This document shows, piece by piece, positions 12,901 through 24,205 of a DNA stretch of 64,000 nt. This DNA comes from Felis catus. Taxonomy: Eukaryota. Below the pieces are notes generated by a model. That model was not told where the DNA came from. It saw only the letters and a program-made list of their open reading frames with translations, and did not search any database. The number at the start of each line of letters is the position of its first letter. Positions within the stretch are counted from its first letter, which is position 1. The stretch spans positions 235,230,001-235,294,000 of the forward strand of contig NC_058368.1 in assembly GCF_018350175.1 (NCBI RefSeq), written 5' to 3'. The position numbers and the translations under genes were made by a program.

Positions 12901-14725
12901 GATGTAGTCTCAACCGCAGTACGTGTTATCATCCATGCTTTGTCCTGATGTCTAAATGTGTGGCTCTATGTTTGTGGCTAAACAAGAGCTCAATGGATTT
13001 ACTAGATTCAGATCAGCTGCAAACTTCCACTGCCACTCACATTGTCTTTGCAACGACGCTCAGAGCTGTAGCTTCGCTGTGCTCATTAAATCAAATGCCA
13101 AAGTTTCCTTCTTTTAAATGCTAAGCAAGTCCCCACAAGTCCCCCACTTCCTATAATTAAAGGGACTACCTGGTCCCAGACCATAATGGTACCTGCAGCC
13201 AGTGAGTCCTGGAAAAGACCCGGAAGGGAAACAAGCCCAAGAAGGTCCAGGCAAGATGGGGAAGAAAAATCCAAAGAGGCCACGGTATGGAAACCAAGAT
13301 GAAGACGGTTGTATCAAGGGGGCACTGACTTCTCAAAGGCTACACGGAGGTTGAAACCAGTGATAGCTGAAGGAGGTCAACAGCTATCATTTATCTTAAG
13401 TTGGACCAAGCCCACAGAGAATTTTGAAATGTGCAGCATTTCTATAAAAAGTAAAGTCGTAACAAATATATGAGGGCAATAAACAAATATAAAAACTTGA
13501 ACTATTGGGTGTTCTTCCCTAATTGGAAAAAGTAGAAAAATAAAAGCATGATTCATTTGACTATTTCTGTTCAAGAAATTCCTTTGGCCAGAGCTGTGCC
13601 TCTTATTCAAGCAAAGGGGACCTGTTGGGAGACAAGTAACAAACACCGGATGGGTGCTTTGGGATTCTACACCTGTCAGTTCTTTCCCCTTAGAGTGAAG
13701 TCCACTGGAGGATCCCAAAGGTGATAGGCTTTCAGCAGAGAACGTTTCATAAGATAATTCTTAGCAACTCATCGATTCTCTTCCATTTGCCAACATTTTG
13801 CACCTCGTTATGTGACCACAAATTAAAGATGTGATTATTTAGCACAAGTGGAAAGGAGGGAAAGTCTACTTTACTTTACTCTCTTCACCTAAGAGCTACA
13901 CCTAATGAGGCATAAACCAACGGGGAAACTAATTTTGCTACATTTCCATCTGCTGCCCCAGTTTTAGTCTCCTACTTGCTGCTATCCCCAGCTACCATAT
14001 TAAGGCCGTCCTCTGTGGTCAGCTTACAGAACAACCATTAGCGTCTCCAAACTTAAGGTTCCATCCAGATGTCGTTTGGGTTTCGGTTTTAATCAGAGAA
14101 ATAGCCTTGAGTACCTGCACACTGCAGACTGAATTTTGTTTTAAGAAACAAAAAATGTGAATAGGGTATTTTATGTATCATAAATATTGCTTTGTGAATA
14201 ATTTTCAAAGTGGCACTGAGTAGCTTATTCTCCTTTATTCATATCTTTCTGTGCGGTTTGACTTCCTGCAGCCACTAAGGGGTCATCGTCGGAGGGCCGA
14301 GAATATCTGCTACGTGGACCAGGCAGCATCCTGATTCTTCTCTCCCAGACTGCCCTCCCCTGTCTGCCAGCAGCACTGCACTGCCGTGTGGGGCTGTAAG
14401 GCTTCCACAAGGACCCAGGCCACTGAGTCCCGTGAACCCATGGTCCCTGCAACAGGACACAGACACACGTGCTTACAGTATTTAGCAAGTTACGAACGTA
14501 GGGGCCAAGTCCTATCCCAGCTCTCTGGGCGGCTGGTTCCTGTGTTGTCCGACCTGCTTGTTCTCTGGCCTTTGGTCTGGTGACATCACCAGACACAAAT
14601 AACCTTAAAACCTGGACCCTATAGTTCTATGTAAATATCTGAACAGTATTCTCTCACAACGAAGTTTCAGCCCTAAACTGCCAATTTTGGAATCTAAAGC
14701 TGAGTTAATTTCAATATTACATGTT

Positions 14726-14925
14726 GGACGCCTGAGTGGTTCAGTCAGTTAAGCATCTGTCTCTTGATTTCAGCTCAGGTCATGACTTCATGGTTTGTGG
14801 GTTCGAGCCCCACATGGGGCTCTGTGCTGGCGGCTTGGAGCCTACTTGGGATTTTCTTCCTCCCTCTCTGCCCCTTCCCCACTCTCTGTCTCTCTCTCTC
14901 TCAAAATAAATAAATAAACTTACAA
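14726..14925 (+). mobile_element. Can-SINE (older SINEC subfamily)
   Basis: Head 'ggacgcctgagtggttcagtcagttaagcatctg', B box 'ggttcgagccc', (CT)n, AATAAA tail. Confidence 0.95.
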
Positions 14926-14939
14926 AATTATGTTTTAAA

Positions 14940-15080
14940 GCACTTTTTTCTTATTGAAAAATGAATATGTATATTCACCAAAGAAAATTTGGAAACTATA
15001 TCAGACAGAAAGACAAAATTTAAAATCACTTCTATTTCCTATATTTACAGACAACAATGTTATCAGTGTATCTTCTAGTA
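14940..15080 (-). mobile_element. Old L1ME-like 3' end; appears to continue at ~23220-23290 and ~24210-24420
   Basis: 'ttattgaaaaatgaatatgtatattcaccaaagaaaatttggaaactata'; downstream piece 'gaatatctttatggccaaatattcatgtgtatctgtgattatttctctaggatgacatttttagaag'. Confidence 0.55.
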
Positions 15081-15360
15081 TATATAGTTTTATATATATA
15101 TATATATGTATATAACATAGATATGTACACACTATAGATATGTACATGTATGTACATATACACATAGATATGTACATACGTAATACACAAAATATGTAAT
15201 ACATAGTCTATATATGTACATGTATGTATACACAAATATGTACATAAAATACATAAAGTATGAAATCCATACTTATACATCATGTATGTATATATATAAA
15301 GTATGCAATACACACATTACAGGTGTGTATATATGTGTCTATATACACACATATATATGG
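15078..15360. repeat. (TA)n/(TATG)n/(TACA)n low-complexity tract
   Basis: Direct reading; a similar tract resumes at 23041-23215 on the other side of the L1. Confidence 0.9.
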
Positions 15361-15379
15361 AGATAAAACAATAAATGTT

Positions 15380-15554
15380 TGTTTTTTGTTTTAGAGGGGG
15401 AGGGGCAGAGAGAGAGGGAGAGTGAGATTCCCAAACAGGGTCCACATTGTCAGAGCAGAGACTGATGTGGGGTTTGAGCTCCTGAACCATGAGATCATGA
15501 ATGTGCTGAAATCAAGAGTCAGAGGCTTAACTGACTGAGCCACCCAGGCACCCC
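15380..15554 (-). mobile_element. Can-SINE with 15-bp TSD
   Basis: Head ends 'gactgagccacccaggcacccc'; perfect TSD aaaacaataaatgtt at 15365-15379 and 15555-15569. Confidence 0.95.
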
Positions 15555-15575
15555 AAAACAATAAATGTTAACTGT

Positions 15576-16745
15576 GGGAGGAGCCAAGATGGCGGAACAG
15601 CATGGAAGCTTTTTGTGTCTCTCGCGTCCGTGAAATACAGCCAGGCCAACATTAAACCATCCTACACACCTAGAAAACTGACTGGAGGATTAACACAACA
15701 ATCCGCACAACCTGAACCACAGAATTCAGCAGGTACGCGGCGCGGAGAGCTGAACTCGGGGAGCGAGAAGGTGCAGGAAGGGAGGTGCTTCTGTGAGCGG
15801 AGAGAGGACAGAGACTGGGGGGGGGCGGGGGAGAATACGGGAAAAGCATTCCCCCCAAAAGCAGCTGGAGAGAAAGTGGAAAAGTGGAAACAGCCGCAGG
15901 GACTGAACTAAAACGGGAGAAGGGAGAAAGGCGAGGGTTTAAATTCCATTAAGACTGTGAACAAGGGGAGCGCAAAGGCTGCAGCTCCGCAGCTCCCTAC
16001 CTGGCGGTGCTCTGGTGGGAAGGGCGAGTCCCCGGGAGCCGAGTGGGGTCCGGGAGGTTCTCGGGCCACACGGGGAGAAGCGGTTCCACTGCCGGAAGGA
16101 CAGTTGGTGGAGACTGTTGAAGCCACCCGGTCCCGGCAGACCCGGGAAGGCGGCCGTGTTCGCTGGTGCTGGAACAAGGTCGTTGAGGGTGAAGCCTGGT
16201 GCCAGGTGTGTGTTGCGATTTTCCATCATCCCTGAAAAGCTGCTGCTACACTGTCTCAGGAACTTTTCTGGAGCGGGCTGGCACCCGGCCGCAGTCTCGG
16301 GCACCGGCAGCAGCAGGGTCCCGCGGGCGTTCCTAGGCGAGGCGGACATTCGGCCATTGCTCATTCGGCCATTGCTCGGGGAGACCCTCCCGCAGAGGGG
16401 CGGAGCGGGTCAAGGCCGCGGTCCTTCGGGAGTAAGGGGCCAGGGAAAACAGCCGCGTCTGAGACAAAACTCGGGAGAGAGGTGCTGCCTGGGGCCTGGT
16501 CACAGACCAGGGGAGCGGACGAGAGCTGAAGACGGAGGACGGGTGTGCGATTGCTGACCCGGGAGAACAGACCGGGTGGCTGGGTGACGCCATTTTTACC
16601 ATTCCCGCGCAGGCGCATACGCACCTACGAGCGCCGCAACACTCCACCCCAGGAGTCCAACAGCGCCATCTGGTGGAGAGCGGAGCCGTTACACCGAGCC
16701 CCGCCCAACTGGGCCAACCTCGTTCTTCAAGAGCAGAAGTCTCAC
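15576..16745 (+). promoter_or_regulatory. L1 internal Pol II promoter (CpG-rich 5'UTR) with YY1 and CTCF motifs
   Basis: YY1 motif AAGATGGCGG at 15586-15595; cagcgccatctggtgg at 16661-16676 (reverse complement CCACCAGATGGCGCTG, CTCF core); many CpGs retained. Confidence 0.75.
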
Positions 16746-16859
16746 CGCCTACTTAGTTTACAGACTATAAAGAGCTACATAGACTGACTTCCAGGGGAAA
16801 CGAAGCAATTTCAGTCCTATGTCAATCTAATAGCAGGTCCATCTATTCAAATTGCTTTC

Positions 16860-17530
16860 TTTTTTTTCTTTTTCTCTTTTATAATTCTTTTTCTTGAATA
16901 CAGAAAGAAAAAAATTCATTTTTATTTTTAATTTTTATTAAAAATGTCTTTCTTTAATTTTTATTACTAAATTTTTTACTTTTGTGTAAATTTTTTTAAA
17001 TTCTACTTCCACCATTTTATTTTAGTCTACTTCAATGTACTCACCTTTTCAGATTCTAAATTTCCATTTTTTCTTTTCTTTTTTTTCTCTTTTTCATTTC
17101 TTTTTCTTGAATGCAGAAAGAGAAAAACTTCATTTTTACTTTTAATTTCTATCAAAAATATTTTTATTTAATTTTTATTACTATATTTTTTGCTTTCATG
17201 TAAATTTTTTCAAATTCTTACTCCCATCATTTTATTTTAGTCTACTACAGTGTATTCACTTTTTCAAATTTTCAAACAATTTCTTTTTTCTTTTTTTATC
17301 TTTTTTCTCTTTGTTTCTTTTCTTTCTTAAATACAGAAAAAGAAAAATTCATATTTATTTTTAATTTTTATTAAAAATATTTTTCTTTAACTTTTTCTCT
17401 ACTATATTCTTTGCTTTTATGGATATTTTTTCAAATTCTATTTTACCCCCATCATCTCATTTTAGTCTACTTCAGTGTATTCATTTTTTCAAATTCTCAA
17501 ACGATTTCCTTTTTGTTTTCTTCCCCCCAC
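16860..17530. repeat. Three T-rich ~215-bp tandem units in the L1 5'UTR
   Basis: Anchor 'ttctt(g/a)aat(a/g)cagaaa' at 16891, 17104 and 17324; each unit also has 'attttagtctact'. Confidence 0.88.
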
Positions 17531-17709
17531 CCTTTCTTTTTTCTCTAATCTGTCAAACCACTTTCAACACCCAGACCAAAACACACCTAGGATCTAGCAT
17601 CATCTATTAGATTTGTGTGTGTGTGTGTGTTTTAATTTTAAGGTTTTTTTATTTTAATTTTTTTTAATTTCAATTTTTCTACCTCACTAATTCCTTTTCT
17701 TCCTTCAAA

Positions 17710-18591
17710 ATGACAAAATGAAGTAATTCACCCCAAAAGAAAGATCACGAAGAAACAACAGCTAGGGATTTAACCAACACAGATACGAGCAAGATGTCTG
17801 AACCAGAATTTAGAATCATGATAATAAGAATACTAGCTGGAATAGAAAATAGATTAGAATCCCTTTCTGCAGAAATAAAAGAAGTAAACAATAGCCAGAA
17901 TGAAATTTAAAAAGCTGTAACTGACCTGCAGGTACAGATGGATGCAGTGGCAGCAAGGATGGATGAGGCAGAGCAGAGAATCAGCAATATAGAGGACAAA
18001 CTTATAGAGAATAAGCAGAAAAAAAAGAGGGAGATGAAGGCAAAAGAGCACGATTTAAGAATTAGAGAAATCAGTGACTCATTAAAAAGGAACAACATCA
18101 GAATCATAGGGGTCCCAGAGGAGGAAGAGAGAGAAATAGGGGTAGAGGGGTTACGTGAGCAAATCATAGGTGAAAACTTTCCTAACCTGGGGAAAGACAT
18201 AGACATCAAAATCCAGAAAGCACAGAGGACCCCCATTAGATTCAACAAAAACCAACCATCAGCAAAGCATCATAGTCAAATTCACAAAATACTCAGGCAA
18301 GGAGAGAATCATGAAAGCAGAAAGCAGCAAGGGAAAAAAAAAGTCCTTAACCTACAAGGTAAGACAGATCAGGTTTGCAGCAGACCTATCCACAGAAACT
18401 TGGCAGGCCAGAAAGGAGTGGCAGGATATATTCAATGTGCTGAATCAGTAAAATATGCAGCCAAGAATTCTTTATCCAGAAAGGCTGTCATTCAAAATAG
18501 AAGGAGAGAGAAAAAGTTCCCCAGACAAAAATTGAAGGAGTTTGTGACCACTAAACCAGCCCTGCAAGAAATTTTAATGGGGACTCTCTAG
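17710..18591 (+). pseudogene. L1 ORF1p (RNA-binding/chaperone), disrupted
   Basis: ATG at 17710 followed by TGA at codon 4 and TAA near 17908. Peptide 'LREISDSLKRNNIRIIGVPEEEE...IIGENFPNLGK...IQKAQRTP' and C-terminal 'KLKEFVTTKPALQEIL'; frameshifts around 18265-18530. Confidence 0.93.
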
Positions 18592-18610
18592 GGGGAGAAA
18601 AGATGAAAAT

Positions 18611-18653
<43 letters not shown>
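18611..18653. repeat. (GATA)n tetranucleotide microsatellite in the L1 inter-ORF spacer
   Basis: Direct reading, about 10 units. Confidence 0.97.
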
Positions 18654-18721
18654 CCAAAAGCAACAAAGACTGGAAAGGACCAGAGAACACCACCAGAAAC
18701 TCCAACTCTACAAGCATCAAA

Positions 18722-21700
18722 ATGGGAATAAATTGATATCTTTCAGTACTCACTCTAAACATCAATGGACTTGGGGCGCCTGGGTGGCGCAGTCGGTTAA
18801 GCGTCCGACTTCAGCCAGGTCACGATCTCGCGGTCCGTGAGTTCGAGCCCCGCGTCAGGCTCTGGGCTGATGGCTCAGAGCCTGGAGCCTGTTTCCGATT
18901 CTGTGTCTCCCTCTCTCTCTGCCCCTCCCCCGTTCATGTTCTGTCTCTCTCTGTCCCAAAAATAAATAAACATTGAAAAAAAAATTCAAACATGAATGGA
19001 CTCAATGTTCCAACCAAAAGACATAGGGTAACAGAATGGATAAGAAAACAAGATCCATCTATATACTGTTTACAAGAGACCCAATTTAGACCTAAAGACA
19101 CCTTCAGACTGAAAATAAGGGAATGGAGAACCATCTATCATGCTAATGGTCAAAAAAAGAAAGTCAAAGTAGCCATACTTATATCAGACAATCTAGACTT
19201 TAAAATAAAGACTGTATCAAGAGATGCAGAAGGGCATTATATCATAATCAAGGGGTCTATCCACCAAGAAGATCTAACAATTGTAAACATTTATGTGCCA
19301 AATGTGAAAGCACCCAAATATATAAATCAATTCATCACAAACATAAAGAAACTCATTGATAGTAATACCATAATAGTAGGAGACTTCAACACCCCACTCA
19401 TGGCACTGGACACATCATCTAATCAAAAAATCAACAAGGAAACAATGGCTTTGAATGACACACTGGACAAGATGGACTTAACAGATATATTCAGGACATT
19501 TCATCCTAAAGCAGCAGAATATACATTCTTCTCCAGTCCACATGCAATGTTCTCCAGAATAGACCATGTACTGGGACACAAATCAGCCCTCAACAAGCAG
19601 AAAAAGATCAAGATCATACCGTGCATATTTTCAGACCACAACGTTATGAAACGCGAAATCAACCACAAGAAAAAATTTGGAAAGGTAACAAATACTTGAG
19701 ACTGAAGAACATCCTACTAAAGAATAAATGGACTAACCAAGCAGTTAAAGAGGAAATTAAAAAGTATATGGAAGTCAATGACAATGATAACACCACAACC
19801 CAAAACCTCTGGGACACAGCAAAGGTGGTCATAAGAGGAAAGTATATAGCAATCCAGGCCTTCCTAAAGAAGGAAGAAAGATCTCAGATACACAACCTAA
19901 CCTTACGCCTTAAGGAGCTGGAAAAAGAACAACAAATAAAACCCAAAACCAGCAGAGACAGGAAATAATAAAGATTTGAGCAGAAATTAATGCTATTGAA
20001 ACAAACAAACAGAAAACAGTAGAACAGATCAATGAAACCAGAAGTTGATTCTTTGAAAGAATTAACAAAAATTGATAAACCACTAGCCAGTTTGATCAAA
20101 GAGAAAAAGGAAAGGACCCAAATTAATAAAATCAAGAGTGAAAGAGGAGAGATCACAACAAACACAGCAGAAATAAAAACAAAATAAGAGAATATTATGA
20201 GCAATTATATGCCAATAAAATGGGAAATCTGGAAGAAATGGACAAATTCCTAGAAACATATTCACTACCAAAACTGAAACAGGAAGAAATAGAAAATTTG
20301 AACAGACCTATAACCAGTAAAGAAATAGAATTAGTAATCAAAAATCTCCCAAAAAACAAGAGTCCCGGGCCAGATGGCTTTCCAGGGGAATTCTACCAAA
20401 CATTTAAGGAAGATTTAACACCTATTCTCTTGAAACTGTTCCAAAAAATAGAAATGGAAGGAAAACTTCCAAACTCTTTCTATGAAGCCAGCATTACCTT
20501 GATTCCAAAACCAGACAGAGACCACACTAAAAAGGAGAACTATAGACCAATTTCCCTGATGAACATGGATGCAAAAATCCTCAACAAGATATTAGCCAAC
20601 TGGATCCAACAATACATTAAAAAAATTATTCACCACGACCAAGTGGGATTTATACCTGGGATGTAGGGCTCATTCAATATCTGCAAAACAATTAACGTGA
20701 TTCATCACATCAATAAAAGAAAGGACAAGAACCATATGATACTCTCAATAGATGCAGAGAAAGCATTTGACAAAATACAGCATCCTTTCTTGATAAAAAC
20801 CCTCAAGAAAGTAGGGTTAGAAGGAGCATACCTCGAGATCATAAAAGCCATGTATGAATGACCCAACGCTAACATCATTCTCAATGGGGAAAAACTGAGA
20901 GCTTTCCCAAGGTCAGGAACAAGACAGAGATGTCCACTCTCGTCACTGTTATTCAACACAGTATTGGAAGTCTGATTGCCTCTGCAATCAGACAACACAA
21001 ATAAATAAAAGGCATACAAATCAGCCAGGAGGAGGTTAAACTTTCACTCTTCACAGGTGACATGATACTCTATATGGAAAACCCAAAAGATTCCACCCAA
21101 AAACTGCTAGAATTGATTCATGAATTCAGCAAAGTTGCAGGATATCAAATCAACACACAGAAATCGGTTGCATTCCTATACACCAACAATGAAGCAACAG
21201 AAAGAGAAATTAAGGAATTGATCCCATTTACAGTTGCACAAAAAAAACATAAAATACCTAGGAATAAATCTAACCAAATAGGTGAAAAATCTATACACTG
21301 AAAACTATTGAAAGCTTATGAAAGAAATCGAAGACACAAAAAAAATGGAAAAAGATTTCATGCTCCTGGATAGGAAGAACAAATATTGTTAAAATGTTGA
21401 TACTACCCGAAGCAACCTACATATTCTAATGCAATCCCTATCAAAGTAACACCAGCATTCATCACAGAGCTAGAACAAACAATCCTAAAATTTGTATAGA
21501 ACCAGAAAAGACCCCGAATAGCCAAAGCAATCTTGAAAAAGAAAACCAAAGCAGGAGGCATCACAATCCCAGACTTCAAGCTATACTACAAAGCTGTAAT
21601 CATCAAGACAGTATGGTACTGGCATAAGAACAGACGCTCAGATCAATGGAACAGAAGAGAGAACCCAGAAATGGACCCACAAACGTACGGCCAATTAATC

Positions 21701-22775
21701 TTTGACAAAGCAGGAAAGAATATCCAATGGAATAAAAACAGTCTCTTCAGCAAGTGGTGCTGGGAAAACTGGACAGCGACATGCAGAAGAATGAAACTGG
21801 ACCACTTTCTTACACCAGACACAAAAATAAACTCAAAATGGACGAAAGACCTCAATGTAAGACAGGAAGCCATCAAAATCTTCAAGGAGAAAGCAGGCAA
21901 AAACCTTTTTGATCTTGGCTGCAGCAACTTCTTAACACGTCTCTGGAGGCAAGGGAAACAAAAGCAAAAATGAACTACTGGGACCTCATCAAAATAAAAT
22001 CTTCTGCACAGTGAAGGAAACAATCAGCAAAACTAAAAGGCAACCGACAGAATGGGAAAGATATTTGCAAATGACATATCAGATAAAGGGTTAGTATCCA
22101 AAATCTATAAAGAACTTATCAAACTCAACACCCAAAAAACAAATAATCCACTGAAGAAATGGGCAAAAGACATGAATAGACACTTCTCTAAGGAAGACAT
22201 CCAGATGGCCAACCGACACATGAAAAAATGCTCAACATCACTAATTATCAGGGAAATACAAATCAAAACCTCAATGAAATACCACCTTACACCTGTCAGA
22301 ATGGCTAACAGTAACAAATGAGGCAACAACAGATGTTGGCGAGGATGCGGAGAGAGAGGATCTCTTTTGCATTGTTGGTGGGAATGCAAACTGGTACAGC
22401 CACTCTGGAAAACAGTACGGAGGTTCCTCAAAAAAACTAAAAATAGAACTACCCTATGACCCAGCAATTGCACTACTAGGCATTCATCCACGGGATACAG
22501 GTGTGCTGTTTTGAAGGGACACATGCACCCCCATGTTTACAGCAGCACTATCAACAGTAGCCAAAGTACGGAAAGAGCCCAAATGTCCATCAATGGATGA
22601 ATGGAGAAAGAAGATGTGGTCTGTATATACAATGGAGTATTACTCAGCAATCAAAAAGAATGAAATCTTGCCATTTGCAACTACATGGATGGAACTGGAG
22701 GGTATTATGCTAAGTGAAATTAGAGAAAGACAAAAATCATATGACTTCACTCATATGAGGACTTTAAGAGACAAA
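18722..22775 (+). pseudogene. L1 ORF2p (APE endonuclease, reverse transcriptase, C-terminal Cys-rich domain), disrupted
   Basis: Reads MGIN*YLSVLTLNINGL, then a SINE insertion. EN motifs CLQET, VGDFN, SRIDH, FSDH; RT-region [21 protein letters not shown] changed to FTGD at 21050-21061. Stops at 19697 and 20664, plus many frameshifts. Confidence 0.95.
18773..18987 (+). mobile_element. Young feline SINEC_Fc inserted in the L1 ORF2 5' end
   Basis: Near-consensus 'ggggcgcctgggtggcgcagtcggttaagcgtccgacttcagccaggtcacgatctcgcgg'; TSD aaacat(c/g)aatggact at 18757-18771 and 18988-19002. Confidence 0.97.
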
Positions 22776-23038
22776 ACAGATGAACATGAAGGGAAACAAA
22801 AATAATATAAAAACAGGGAGGGGGACAAAACAGAAGAGACTTATAAATATGGAGAACAAACTGAGGGTTACTGGAAGGGGTGTGTGGGGGAGATGGGCTA
22901 AATGGGTAAGGGGCATTAAGGAATCTCCTCCTGAAATCATTGTTTCAGTATATGTTAACTAATTTGGATGTAAATTTTAAAAATTTTTAATTAAATTAAA
23001 AAACCAAAAAACAAAAAAATAAATGGCAACTGTGATTC

Positions 23039-23040
<2 letters not shown>

Positions 23041-23079
<39 letters not shown>

Positions 23080-23215
23080 TATACACACACATGCCTATAG
23101 ATAACTATATATATAATACATATATCTATAGATAGACAAATATATATAATACATATGTCTGTAGGTAGGTAAATATGATTCACTTTTATCGTATGTATAT
23201 GTGCATACCCATACA
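23041..23215. repeat. (TA)n(CA)n and AT low-complexity tract
   Basis: Direct reading. Confidence 0.9.
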
Positions 23216-23504
23216 TTTGTCTGAAGTACAATGATGTTTTACTTACCAAATTAAGGTAACCTCTTTCCATGTAGTCTGTGAGCATGTTGCCATCCATAAA
23301 GGACCCACATCACTGCAGGCACCTAGTTCTGCTTCGACAACACAGCCATAATAATATCTGGCCATGGGGGGCCATGGCCATGGGGGTTCTCAGCAATTCA
23401 CATGCACCGTTCCAGTTAAAGCATTTAAAGCTCGAAGCCGCACTACAAAGTGGCAATGGGGAAACTGAGGCACCCGAACTTACACAGATAAAATGTGTTC
23501 GGCT

Positions 23505-24205
23505 GTTGAGATACTGGGGTATAACATGAAACGGATTCTGGTCTTCATCTCCAGGTCCCGGCACAGAGCTCCCAAAAGCCGTGTCAGACTCTTGGAGGGT
23601 CTCCTGGGTAGCTCCTGGGTGGAGATCGGTCACCAGAAAGAACAAAATTTGATTGAAAGCTGGGAACGTTCAGCCCCACCCACCTTCTTCAGGGAGGGGA
23701 GACGGACTGGATATTGAGTTAATAATCATCCGTACCCATGTGATGAAGTTTCCTTTAAAAACATCCCTAAGTGACAAGGTTAGGAGGCCTTCTGGGTTGG
23801 GGAGTACACTCAGGTGCCTGGAGGGCGCAGCCTCCAGACACAGACCCTTTTGGACCCCGCCTTGTGTACCTCTTCATCAGGCTGTTCACTTGTATCCGCA
23901 ACGACATCCTTTATCATAAACCCATAAAAATAAAGTGTTTCCCAGAGTTCTGTGAGCCCTTAGAGCAAACTGTGAAACCTGAGGCAAGGGGTGTGGAAAC
24001 CTCCCAGTGGCCAGCTGGTCAGAGCCCAGGCGATAGACTGAGACCTATGGTTGGTGTCTGAAGTGGGGGCCGTCTTGTGTCTGAGCCCTTCATGTGTGGG
24101 GTCTGTGCTATCTCGGACTAGTTCGTGCCAGAATTGAATTAAATTGTACGTTGCGATCCACAGAGACTTGGAGTATTGCTTGGTGTGGAAAACCTGTCAT
24201 TTAGT
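23505..24205 (+). mobile_element. MER21-like solo LTR
   Basis: 'ggtcaccagaaag...gggaacgttcagccccaccc', 'aaagtgtttcccagagttctgtgagcc', 'ggtgtctgaagtgggggccgtcttgtg', 'ccagaattgaattaaattg' match the MER21B/C layout. Confidence 0.8.

Larger units (their letters stand above)
15576..23017 (+). mobile_element. Full-length carnivore/felid LINE-1 (L1_Fc/L1_Carn-like), retrotransposition-dead
   Basis: Starts 'gggaggagccaagatggcgg'. Has a GC-rich 5'UTR, ORF1 and ORF2 homology, 3'UTR and A-rich tail. TSD aataaatgttaactgtg (15560-15576) / aataaatggcaactgtg (23018-23034), 15/17 identical. Confidence 0.97.

Noticed and set aside
15576..23017. Active autonomous L1
   Set aside because: It has early stops in both ORFs, multiple frameshifts, a SINE insertion, a mutated RT active site and diverged TSDs.
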